Shown: piece after piece, positions 38,398 through 47,548 of the stretch
How the letters are laid out: each line of letters begins with the position of its first letter
How positions within the stretch are numbered: the stretch's first letter is position 1
Assembly: GCA_964354755.1 (NCBI GenBank)
Contig: CAYHBA010000001.1
Span: 224,009 to 288,008, forward strand
Origin: an uncultured Thermoplasmata archaeon
GTDB lineage: Archaea; Thermoplasmatota; Thermoplasmata; SG8-5
Length of the DNA: 64,000 bases
Direction of reading: 5' to 3'
Program-made: the position numbers and the translations under genes
The notes under the pieces: model-generated
What the model was told of the DNA's origin: nothing
What the model saw: only the letters and a program-made list of their open reading frames with translations
The model's database searches: none

Positions 38398-40850
38398 GAC
38401 AGATGGAAGACCTGCAAATCGTGTTCACCAGCCGGGATGAACTGACAGAGAACACTCTGACAGCCGAAGACATCTCGGAAGTCAGGATAAACGAACAGGA
38501 TCTGGTCGGCGGCAGGGCGAAGATAAGAATCAGGAACAAAGCCGGCAGCAATAAATCGAAATTCTACGAGGGCTACAAGGTCGATGTAAAAATCCAATGG
38601 GTCGGCGGCTCTTTAACAAGTTTCTGGCTCGGGAGAATCACCAAGAAACTGCCTGCGAATGATTTGTATCAACGGCAATGCATCACACTCGACGCAGTCG
38701 ATGAAGGCACATGGACGCTAAGCGGAATTAATACAACAACTTATCACACGCATGCAAGCGTCGATGTCGGAGTCATTGTAAAGGCACTTTTGGACACATA
38801 CACAACTTTCGACACAGCCAACATCAACCAGACCACAGGAACGACAATCAGCATTTCCATCCAGACCGGAAGAAACATCATGGACATAATCCGGGAACTC
38901 ATCAGCGGGACAAACAATTCATTTTACATTGATGAGACCGGGCATGCCTACCTTATTGAACGTGGAGCCAGCTCTTCCTATACTTTGGGAGAACTCAGTG
39001 GAAGAACCTTCGATGTGGACCGCGACATCTACAGCATCAAGAATGACATTTTGGTCAAAGGCTCATACATCGCCGACGCCACAAGCACCAGCCAGGAAGG
39101 CCCTCCGGACGGGTACTGGAACATAGACAACAGCACCTACAGACGGAAAATAAAATTCACGCCGACCGGCACGATGATACAGGCAGCAATCATGGCATAC
39201 AATTCCGCAGCCAGCGACCATAACCTCATGATACGCATCCAGCCTGATAACGGCGCAGGAACCGGGCCAGTGGATATCGCGAACTATTCCGCAGACATAG
39301 CGACCGTATTCGTACCGAACTCGGTAATAAACACAGAGGAAGCCGAGGCAGTCGGCGGGGATATCAACGCAAACCTGATCGACGGCGTTGTCGATTACTG
39401 GATTATCGTCGAAAGCGACAGCGCGACCGGGAACTTATTGACGGTCGGATATAAAACCGTCTCCGCTGTCAACACCCTGATTTACGAAGTCTATACAAGG
39501 GAAGAACTGATAAACACGCCCGGAACCGGGACGGACGCGGAGAGTATCGCTAAGCATGGAACTCGGGCTTACACACATATTGACAGAACGCTCTCATCAC
39601 AGGACGAAGTCGATGAGAAGGCCGCAGCTCTGCTCATCGAATACAAAGACCTTGCCAACACAGTGAAAGGCGAATTGCTCACAGACATATTCACCGGCGC
39701 CCATGCGAGAGTCGGCCAGGGCGTCACTGTCAATTTGCCGGATGAAGAGGTCGATGGCAACGTTCTTGGCATCATCGGGATAGTCTGGTCCATCCGGACC
39801 GAGAACGGAACATATCTGGACATCCCGAACTTGATACTCTCGGACACACCGCCTCCGCTGGATGATGCGGATTGGGCGGCACAGATCGGAAGACAGATGG
39901 ATTCCATCAGCAATTCCGTCTCGGTCATTCAGGCAACATCCAGAAGTATTCCGATGCACGCAATCGGCGGGACCAGGCACAGCCCCAGCACATTGGCAGC
40001 TCTAAATGCCCTGATATCCGACAATGATTTAGTCGGCGACGATGACGCCAGGCTCAGCGACGCCAGAACACCTCTGGCTCATGACCACGAAGGAGTCGAT
40101 ATTAAAAGCACAGGGGAAACTGGCACAGCTAAATTCTTAAGGGTAGACGGAGACGATACTTGCTCATGGCAGCCAATCCCGGCAGCCGACCCTCCGGAAG
40201 GAACGGCTGTGAAGTCCACAGGGGAAACCGGGACCTCGAAATTCTTAAGGATTGATGGCGACGATACCTGCTCGTGGCAGGAACCATCTTCACTGGACAC
40301 TACAGCCATCCATAAGGCCACAGACGGTGAAATAGCCGCTATGGATGATAAGACCCCGCCAGTGGATGCTGATATGTTAGTGATAGAAGACAGTGAGGCC
40401 AGTGATGCCAAGAAGAAGCTGACCCTGGCCAATCTAAAAGCATATATCGGTGGCGGGGCCAGTGGTGAAGAAGTGGTCATTACCTGCTATAATGACACTG
40501 GTGACCAGATAATTAAAGGGTCCATCTGCTATGTGTCTGATGATAACGGTGGCACACCCATGATAGCCCTGGCCAAGGCTGATGCCGTGGCCACCACCAG
40601 GGGCATGCTGGTTATGCCTAAGGATGACATAGACGACGAAGGCACCGGTGAATGCGTGGTGATAGGCCCGGTGGATGAATTTAGTGAACTAACTACAGGC
40701 ATGCCAGTCTATATAAGCGAGGCATCAGCCGGGGTCATCACACAGACCATACCCAGCACTGCAGGCCACTATGTCAGGATAGCGGGCTATGCTCTCAGTG
40801 CAACAGTGGTGTACTTCCTGCCTGATGGCACCTACATCAAAAGAAGGTGA
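38385..40850 (+). CDS. Large tail/baseplate-fibre protein with two C-terminal 24-aa tandem repeats
   Basis: 820 aa and beta-rich. Repeats STGETGTAKFLRVDGDDTCSWQPIP and STGETGTSKFLRIDGDDTCSWQEPS. The protein is not alpha-helical, so it is not a classical tape measure. Confidence 0.45.
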   Translation: MGLVRQMEDLQIVFTSRDELTENTLTAEDISEVRINEQDLVGGRAKIRIRNKAGSNKSKFYEGYKVDVKIQWVGGSLTSFWLGRITKKLPANDLYQRQCITLDAVDEGTWTLSGINTTTYHTHASVDVGVIVKALLDTYTTFDTANINQTTGTTISISIQTGRNIMDIIRELISGTNNSFYIDETGHAYLIERGASSSYTLGELSGRTFDVDRDIYSIKNDILVKGSYIADATSTSQEGPPDGYWNIDNSTYRRKIKFTPTGTMIQAAIMAYNSAASDHNLMIRIQPDNGAGTGPVDIANYSADIATVFVPNSVINTEEAEAVGGDINANLIDGVVDYWIIVESDSATGNLLTVGYKTVSAVNTLIYEVYTREELINTPGTGTDAESIAKHGTRAYTHIDRTLSSQDEVDEKAAALLIEYKDLANTVKGELLTDIFTGAHARVGQGVTVNLPDEEVDGNVLGIIGIVWSIRTENGTYLDIPNLILSDTPPPLDDADWAAQIGRQMDSISNSVSVIQATSRSIPMHAIGGTRHSPSTLAALNALISDNDLVGDDDARLSDARTPLAHDHEGVDIKSTGETGTAKFLRVDGDDTCSWQPIPAADPPEGTAVKSTGETGTSKFLRIDGDDTCSWQEPSSLDTTAIHKATDGEIAAMDDKTPPVDADMLVIEDSEASDAKKKLTLANLKAYIGGGASGEEVVITCYNDTGDQIIKGSICYVSDDNGGTPMIALAKADAVATTRGMLVMPKDDIDDEGTGECVVIGPVDEFSELTTGMPVYISEASAGVITQTIPSTAGHYVRIAGYALSATVVYFLPDGTYIKRR

Positions 40851-41533
40851 GGTTGATGACTTATGAATATTTTAAGTGGGATAGCACCTTAGAAGGCTGG
40901 CATCAAATTCTTTCATTATATTCCACTTGGACCATAGGTGTGTCAGCCACACATTACCATAGCAGCCCTAAGTCACTCAGACTTTTGTGGACCTCTGGAG
41001 GTTCCGATGCCTTCAGCTACTATCAGCATAGTGGGAATGCTATATCGGTAGGTTACTTTACTTTCTGGGTATATAGAACTGGGGGTAGTGTAGTCATGGT
41101 GCTAAATTCAAACATTACTGTGAATGCTGGTGTCGCTAACCCACCCACACCCTTTACTGATTGGAATGCAGCGATTGATATGGCAGGCACCGGGAATAAG
41201 GTGTATTACAGAAGCAGTGCTGGGGCCTGGGTGGATACTGGGGCTACAGCTGCAGCGAATACCTGGCATAGGGTGGATATTAGAATAGACTGCACCAATG
41301 ACACATATAGTGCCTGGCTAAATGGTGTCAAAATAGTGGATGAAGTGGCAGTAGCTAACAGCTTCACTGATGTACAGATGACCTATGTATGGGCATCTGG
41401 GACAGGTGGATATTACCTTGATGATGTGGAAATAGACGGGGTAGGGCCTCTGGAAGTCAATGAAGTCAGCTGGTGGTCTGAAATAAACGAAGTGGACATT
41501 TCAAACATATCAGAACTGAACGAGGTCAGCTGA
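40847..41533 (+). CDS. LamG-like lectin-fold tail fibre/receptor-binding candidate
   Basis: NTWHRVDIRIDCTNDTYSAWLNGVKIV. Paralog of 34310..35032. Confidence 0.5.
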   Translation: MRLMTYEYFKWDSTLEGWHQILSLYSTWTIGVSATHYHSSPKSLRLLWTSGGSDAFSYYQHSGNAISVGYFTFWVYRTGGSVVMVLNSNITVNAGVANPPTPFTDWNAAIDMAGTGNKVYYRSSAGAWVDTGATAAANTWHRVDIRIDCTNDTYSAWLNGVKIVDEVAVANSFTDVQMTYVWASGTGGYYLDDVEIDGVGPLEVNEVSWWSEINEVDISNISELNEVS

Positions 41534-41669
41534 CGTCCCGCGCCGCAGCGCTTCACATCGTTCGCGCACGAACGTAGGAGCGCCCGGTGCAGAACGCAAG
41601 GTGGCGCTCACCCTGCTACTGTCGCAGGAAACACGTAAAGAAATAAAACAATGAACAGGAAGTGATAGC

Positions 41670-42146
41670 ATGGAAGAAGACATACTGAACAAGATACTCA
41701 GAAGAACGAGAGAAAGTTCCGGCATACCACCCGGAGAAGCAGACCAATACGCCCTGGTCGGAGAGTCCGGCCCGGAAGCCATCGTCCCGATGTACCGTGA
41801 CGGCATCAGGAAGTCCTTGGCGCTCATGTCCGGGGTCACCACCCATACATACAATGTAAGCGGCGGCAGCATCGAAGAACTGAACGAATACGGCCGAGGG
41901 TCAACACCCGGATACTCCAGCGTCCGACCGCTGGGGGACTTTGTGTCCAGGCCGGGACAGCCAGCGCAGCCAATCAGCCAGGACGATACCGTCTTCGGCA
42001 TGAAGGACCCGGCCGGCCTCAATTCGGGAACTACCGTCACCATCACGATTGGCACGATAATCGCCAGCGGGGAAGACGAAGGAAGAGCGGCGGCCAAGGC
42101 CTTCAAGGAAGAGATGGCACGCAGAGGCGTCCAGTTCTCCAGGTAG
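41670..42146 (+). CDS. Hypothetical protein
   Basis: 158-aa ORF. Confidence 0.35.
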   Translation: MEEDILNKILRRTRESSGIPPGEADQYALVGESGPEAIVPMYRDGIRKSLALMSGVTTHTYNVSGGSIEELNEYGRGSTPGYSSVRPLGDFVSRPGQPAQPISQDDTVFGMKDPAGLNSGTTVTITIGTIIASGEDEGRAAAKAFKEEMARRGVQFSR

Positions 42147-42154
42147 GTGATGAC

Positions 42155-42844
42155 ATGGGCAACCTATCATCTGGAGATATCACGGAAATCCGGCTGTATT
42201 ATTCCAACCACCCGAAGGAATCTTACGAAGACATAGCCAGGCATTTCAATCTCTCCAAAGGCACGATATGGCGGATTGTCAACAAAGGGGATCCTGTCGG
42301 TCCCGATGCCCCTTCTAAGCGCGTGCGCGGGGAAACGAGTTTGAACGATAATGCGGAACACTCCTCAGAGGTGGCTGTCCGAGAGCAGCCAAGGACGGAG
42401 GCGCTCATCGCAGGGGCCAAGAATGAGGGCAAGGAGATAATGAAGAAGCTCGACGAGCTGCTCCGTGGGCAGGATGCCCGGTTGAACAAGGTCCTGGAGG
42501 CCGAGCGGGACTTCAGGCAAGCGCTGAAGGACAAAGGCATGGATTCCGAGGAGAGGTATCGGCTGGAGAAGGAGATGAACAAGGACTACAATGTCGCTAT
42601 CCTAGGGCTGAAATCCACACTGCACCAGATGGCCGAACTTTCGCGGAGCATCAACATCTTCGTGGACAACCGCAAGGTTCTCAATGTCACATACGAGCAG
42701 TTGCCGCCGATGGCCAGGCAGCGCATGGATGAAGCAGTAACCGAACGCCTAATCGGTGACATGTGGCCGCTGATGTGCCCGGAGTGCAAGGCCAGGTTCA
42801 TCGAGCTGACTAAGGTACAACCCATAGAGCCGGGGGAGCCGTGA
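42155..42844 (+). CDS. HTH - coiled-coil - zinc-ribbon protein
   Basis: N-terminal HTH (SYEDIARHFNLSKGTIWRIV), a central coiled coil, and a C-terminal CPECKARF. Confidence 0.45.
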   Translation: MGNLSSGDITEIRLYYSNHPKESYEDIARHFNLSKGTIWRIVNKGDPVGPDAPSKRVRGETSLNDNAEHSSEVAVREQPRTEALIAGAKNEGKEIMKKLDELLRGQDARLNKVLEAERDFRQALKDKGMDSEERYRLEKEMNKDYNVAILGLKSTLHQMAELSRSINIFVDNRKVLNVTYEQLPPMARQRMDEAVTERLIGDMWPLMCPECKARFIELTKVQPIEPGEP

Positions 42845-43101
42845 CCGGGGCATGCCCTCTTTCAACCTGTAGTCTGGCTCATCTGGACGCTAGTATCCCT
42901 TTCCGATTTCGCTTCGGTTTCAACGCTTTTTTATTGGGTTGATGTGCGCCACCGCTCAGGTGGCACACCGCGCCGAAGCCCTAACAAAATCGTTCTGCGG
43001 CGGCGCTTTGTTCGAAGGCACTTGCCGCACCGGGACTGTGTTTGGGTCTCTCCAGGTGGGGCATGCCAGTATGGGGGTGAGGGGTATGCTGCAACCTTTG
43101 A

Positions 43102-44748
43102 TTATTTCGACTCTTTTCCCATGAACGGATACTTGTAATCCGTAGGTGGCAGCAGGTTCTCCTTGATTGTTCTTGGGCTGACCCAGCTCAGGAGATTGAG
43201 GTATGAGCCTGACTTGTCGTTTGTTCCGGAGCACCTCGCGCCTCCGAACGGCTGCTGGCCCACGACTGCGCCCGTGCATTTGTCGTTTATGTAGAAGTTG
43301 CCAGCCGCGTTCCGCAGTATCTCTGAAGCTTTTACAATGGCATTTCTGTCCTTCGCGAATATCGCTCCTGTAAGAGCATAAGGCGATGTCTGGTCGCAGA
43401 GCCGGAGCGTCTCTTCGTACATCTTGTCCTTGTAGACATAAATCGTCAGTACGGGACCAAATATCTCCTCCTCCATGGTCTTGAAGTGCGGGTCCAGAGC
43501 CTGTATGAGGGTCGGCTCGATGAAGTATCCCTTGGATGAATCGGCCTTTCCGCCAAATATTATCTTTGCGTCCTTGGACTGACGCGCTATTTCAATGTAC
43601 CCAGAAATAGTCTCGAATGCCGATTTGTCTATGACCGCATTCACAAAATTACCAAAGTCCTGGACATCGCCGGTTTTAATCTCCTTAAGCATCTGGATGC
43701 ATTTCGCTTTAACGGGCTCCCAGAGGGATTCAGGGATGTAAGCCCTGGATGCGGCAGAGCATTTCTGGCCCTGGTACTCGAATGCGCCCCGGACCAGTGC
43801 CGTGGCGACTGAATCAGCCTCGGCCGAAGGGTGTACGAAGATGAAATCCTTGCCGCCGGTCTCGCCCACCAGCTTCGGATAGGATGAATACACACTTAGA
43901 TTCTCTCCGAGCGTTCTCCAGAGCTTGCTGAAGACTGCTGTCGAGCCAGTGAAATGAATACCAGCTAACCTTCGATCGTTCAGTGCGATGTTTCCAACAA
44001 CCTCGCCGGAGCCGGGGACGAAGTTTATCACGCCGTCCGGAAAACCCGCTTCCTTGAATATCTCCATTAGGAAATAGTTTGAGAGGAGCGATGTCGTCGC
44101 TGGCTTCCAGAGCACGACATTGCCCATTATCGCCGGAGCGGTCGGAAGATTTGCTCCAATGGCGGTGAAATTGAACGGAGTAACCGCGAAAACGAAACCC
44201 TCCAGTGGTCGGTATTCAACTCGGTTAAGCGTTCCGAGCGAGGCTTCCGGCTGGTCTGCGTAAATCTTCTGGAGATAATAGGCATTGAATCTAAGAAAAT
44301 CTATTGTCTCGCATGCTGCGTCAATCTCTGCCTGGAAAGCGTTCTTGCTTTGACCAAGCATGGTCGCGGCATTGATGAGGAACCGGTGTTTCTTGGAAAT
44401 CAATTCAGCGGCCTTGAGCGCTATTGTCCCGCGTTCCTCCCAGGGAAGGGCTTCCCAGTCGGATTTTGCCGCGATTGCGCAGTCTATCGCTTCCTTGACC
44501 AGTTCAGGTGTCACTTTGTGATATTCGGCAAGTATGTGTTTATGGTCATGGGGCATGACGACTTTGCCCTTGTCGCCTGTCGGAACCTTTCTCCCGCCGA
44601 TGACTGGCATGATTTCTATCTTGCTGTTCTCTATATCTCTCATTGCCTGGATGATGGCTTTTCGCTCCGGACTTCCGGGGGCGTAGTTGAGAACTGGTTC
44701 GTTCGCTGGCCTGGGTATGTTGATGATTGATTCATTCATAATAAACAC
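43102..44748 (-). CDS. 1-pyrroline-5-carboxylate dehydrogenase (aldehyde dehydrogenase superfamily, RocA/PruA-like)
   Basis: The N-terminal NEPVLNYAPGSPERKAI motif is typical of the P5CDH subgroup. ALDH catalytic Cys/Glu regions are present. GC is visibly lower than in host genes. Confidence 0.75.
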   Translation of the reverse strand: MFIMNESIINIPRPANEPVLNYAPGSPERKAIIQAMRDIENSKIEIMPVIGGRKVPTGDKGKVVMPHDHKHILAEYHKVTPELVKEAIDCAIAAKSDWEALPWEERGTIALKAAELISKKHRFLINAATMLGQSKNAFQAEIDAACETIDFLRFNAYYLQKIYADQPEASLGTLNRVEYRPLEGFVFAVTPFNFTAIGANLPTAPAIMGNVVLWKPATTSLLSNYFLMEIFKEAGFPDGVINFVPGSGEVVGNIALNDRRLAGIHFTGSTAVFSKLWRTLGENLSVYSSYPKLVGETGGKDFIFVHPSAEADSVATALVRGAFEYQGQKCSAASRAYIPESLWEPVKAKCIQMLKEIKTGDVQDFGNFVNAVIDKSAFETISGYIEIARQSKDAKIIFGGKADSSKGYFIEPTLIQALDPHFKTMEEEIFGPVLTIYVYKDKMYEETLRLCDQTSPYALTGAIFAKDRNAIVKASEILRNAAGNFYINDKCTGAVVGQQPFGGARCSGTNDKSGSYLNLLSWVSPRTIKENLLPPTDYKYPFMGKESK

Positions 44749-44989
44749 CGTTATTCTGGGCCAAGTATATCGGCTATATTAATGTGATGTTGAACCAATT
44801 TCAATACGTTGAATGATGTGATTTTTCACGACCTTGGGATGCAAAAGCGTATAATTATAATGTTTCAATTATATATTCGAGCCAGCCATCTATGATTCAA
44901 ACTTCGTCTGATGCAACAACGGACGGCAGAAGGCACATACAACGGAACCGCTGGCCCTCCCCCCACCCGCACCGCGCTGGAACCCCTTT

Positions 44990-45335
44990 TCCTATCATTC
45001 CAGTCTTTCGTTCATGCCTGCTTCCGGTCTGGCCACCTTTTCTCCCGTGAATCCGGTGAGAAAAGTTGTCTCAAACAAACATCGGCACCTGTGCCTCGGG
45101 TGTAAAGGAAGCAGAGGCGAGCATGAACGACCAGCCAGTTTGGCTTGGATATTCCCGCGAATATCGGGAATGGAAAGCCTGGAACGAGTCGGTGAAGGAG
45201 CTGGTTTGAATGGCTATGGAATCGATTAGCTGTGATGGCATGCCAGAGGTCTTTCCGGGGGATTTCCCCCGGAAGCCACCACAGCCTTTCCATAATCCAT
45301 TCAACACGCAAGCCAGCTTCGAGGTGATTCAATGA
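44990..45335. repeat. Repeat R1, copy a (copy b at ~46728-47060): structured leader plus two conserved tiny ORFs
   Basis: The first ~230 bp are near-identical between copies (ccagtctttcgttcatgc...ggaagcagaggcgagcatgaacgacc...gagctggtttgaatggc). The second small ORF and the rest of the unit diverge, as detailed in the R1 finding. Confidence 0.85.
45123..45209 (+). CDS. Candidate 28-aa Trp-rich peptide (MNDQPVWLGYSREYREWKAWNESVKELV)
   Basis: Conserved in copy b (MNDRPIWLSYSREYREWKAWNESVKELV) with two synonymous and three conservative changes. Preceded by two hairpins and GGAAGCAGAGG. Its stop is immediately followed by the ATG of a second small ORF (45210-45335). Confidence 0.35.
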   Translation: MNDQPVWLGYSREYREWKAWNESVKELV

Positions 45336-45604
45336 GGGCATCGTCGCCGCACTGGCTTCGGGTGCTTCAATATCTGAATCACTTCAATCCAGACGACCTG
45401 GATTTCGTGGCACCCTTCGACATAACGCAGAACGGGATCGCCGATGCCCTCGGAATCACCCGGCCGCATGCGAGCCTCGTGTTAAAGAAACTCATCACGG
45501 ATGGTTTCGTGGAGCGAAAGATGCTCCATATCAGAGGAGGCCGCAGACGAAGGCTGGCTTACATTATCAGCCCCTCTGGGATTCAGGTGGTGAGAGCTTG
45601 CTAG
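45332..45604 (+). CDS. Winged-HTH transcriptional regulator
   Basis: 90 aa. ADALGITRPHASLVLKKLITDGFVERK is an HTH plus wing. Its ATG overlaps the stop of the upstream tiny ORF (ATGA). Confidence 0.5.
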   Translation: MRASSPHWLRVLQYLNHFNPDDLDFVAPFDITQNGIADALGITRPHASLVLKKLITDGFVERKMLHIRGGRRRRLAYIISPSGIQVVRAC

Positions 45605-45939
45605 GCCAAGTGACGCTCGGCCAGCTCGCAGATGTTACGCGGGGGAATCGTGACATCTCCCTGCAAGTCGATGATATCCTGATCCGGCGGGTGTCCGGCT
45701 CCATAGAGAAACTTGGCGAACCTGTGATAATTGGCGACAGTCGGACACCCTGGCCGGGGAATCCGGACACCTTCATTCATATTCGAGTGTCCAGGAGAGA
45801 TGTACTATTCCCCCGCTATCTGTACTATCTTCTCCAGCACCTGAACCAGAGCGGCCAGTTCCAGCGCATCGCGCAGGGTTCGGTCCAGCAGTTCATCCGC
45901 GTCCGTGACGTCGAGGCGATCGGGCTGAGGCCGGGGTGA
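45598..45939 (+). pseudogene. Fragment of a type I restriction-modification specificity subunit (HsdS half)
   Basis: VTLGQLADVTRGN...DILIRRVSG...LFPRYLYYLLQHLNQSGQFQRIAQGSVQQFIRVRDVEAIGL matches the HsdS target-recognition-domain pattern. No hsdM or hsdR nearby. A shorter copy of the 3' end occurs at ~47170-47255. Confidence 0.6.
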
Positions 45940-46190
45940 CGGCGCCCGACTGCTCGGGCGGCACCAATAAGCGCTGGCTTTGCTGCCAGAGACGAACGCA
46001 AAGCCAGGCGATTAAAGGTGCCGCCCTCGCACGACGATGGTCGTGCGCGCGTTGTTAACATACTCCTTACATACGATATGCAATTATATAGCTACAAGCC
46101 TCGTCTGTAAGGACGGGGTTATGTTAACTAATACTAACGGATATAAACTATATATACCTGTTATCGGATAATGGGAACACGTGACTTGGC
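45846..46190. repeat. Repeat R2, copy a (copy b at ~47170-47530): HsdS 3' fragment, hairpin element, inverted-repeat module and promoter
   Basis: Long direct repeat. It contains a nested hairpin (45955-46027), a 75-bp element with GTTAACAT/ATGTTAAC termini (46054-46128), a TATA-like box (aaactatatatacc) and a conserved leader (ggataatgggaacacgtgacttg). Each copy precedes a different gene. Confidence 0.85.
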
Positions 46191-46246
46191 GTAGCGGAGG
46201 AGTGCCCGGTTAGGAACGTGAATTTGGGGATGGCCAGTTAGGTGAA

Positions 46247-46612
46247 GTGATGATAATTGAACTCTACCTAGACTCAGATAAAGGCGCTGTGAAAGGTGAA
46301 GGTACTGGAAACCTTCCATGGTCTATGAGAGCGGGTTGGACACCAACAAAGGATTCTTCACTTAATGTTAAGATGGCATTCGTCAATTTTACCGATGAAG
46401 AAAATGAATTGAGGACTCGACTTGACCGAATTGCTACCGAACACAATCTCGAAATAATTCTATATGACACAGCGCGGACTCGGTATGCAATGCGAGCTTT
46501 TTTCAAAGGAGTGAAGATATTGCCAACCGTAATTATTGGTAAACATATACTGACTGGCAAAATTACTGAAGCTCAGATAATCAAAGTAATAAATGAGCAA
46601 TCTAATGTTTGA
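46247..46612 (+). CDS. Thioredoxin/glutaredoxin-fold protein without CxxC, paralog of 23195..23548
   Basis: HNLEIILYD...MRAFFKGVKILPTVIIGKHILTGKITEAQI aligns with the 23195 product. AT-rich and driven by the R2 promoter. Confidence 0.5.
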   Translation: MMIIELYLDSDKGAVKGEGTGNLPWSMRAGWTPTKDSSLNVKMAFVNFTDEENELRTRLDRIATEHNLEIILYDTARTRYAMRAFFKGVKILPTVIIGKHILTGKITEAQIIKVINEQSNV

Positions 46613-47548
46613 AAATAGATACAAAAAGTAGGCTGCAACATCCGCCTTTTGCTATACTTAACAACCATACTTAACATCACCGCTAGCCCGCCCCCTCCTC
46701 CGCCCTGCACTGGCCCTCCTCTACCCCCAGTCTTTCGTTCATGCCCTGCTTCCGTCCAGCCACCCTTTCTCCCGTGAATCCGGTGAGAAAAGTTGTCTCA
46801 AACAAACATCGGCACCTGTGCCTCGGGTGTAAAGGAAGCAGAGGCGAGCATGAACGACCGGCCAATTTGGCTTAGCTATTCCCGCGAGTATCGGGAATGG
46901 AAAGCCTGGAACGAGTCGGTAAAGGAGCTGGTTTGAATGGCAATGGAACCAGTCGACTCCCTTGATTGTGATTGGCCGGGGAGTGTTCCCTGGCCATTCC
47001 CGCCTGAAAAGGCGGTCTCCTCTGGGGGGCGGGCGCGGTATTGCCTAACGTGAGTCTGGCGCGCCCACGCGCCAGTGTTGTACCGAGCGAGCAGGTGAGG
47101 GCGAGTTTTCTTGTTTACTGAATATTTTTCTTTTGGAGCCCGAGCAAGCGCAGCGAGGTCAAAAGAAAAATACTCGCGGCCAGTTCCAGCGCATCGCCCA
47201 GGGGTCGGTCCAGCGATTTATTCGGGTTCGGGATGTCGAGGCGATCGGGCTGATTCTGGCTTGACATCCAGCTACACTCGGGCGGTGCCAATAAACGCTG
47301 GCTTAGCTGCTAGAGACGAACGCAAAGCCAGGCGATTAAAGGCACCGCCCTCGCACGCCAGGCAAGGCTGGTCGCGCGTGCGCATTGTTAACATACTCCT
47401 TACATACGATATGCAATTATATAGCTACAAGCCTCGTCTGTAAGGACGGGGTTATGTTAACTGATATTAACTGATATTAACTGATATAACCTATATATAT
47501 CTGATATCGGATAATGGGAACACGTGACTTGCGAGGGAGTGAATAGCT

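Noticed and set aside
38385-40850. Tape measure protein assignment for the 820-aa gene after the chaperone-like ORFs
   Set aside because: The sequence is beta-rich and T/S/N/G-rich with fibre-like repeats, not the long alpha-helical, A/E/K-rich character of tape-measure proteins.
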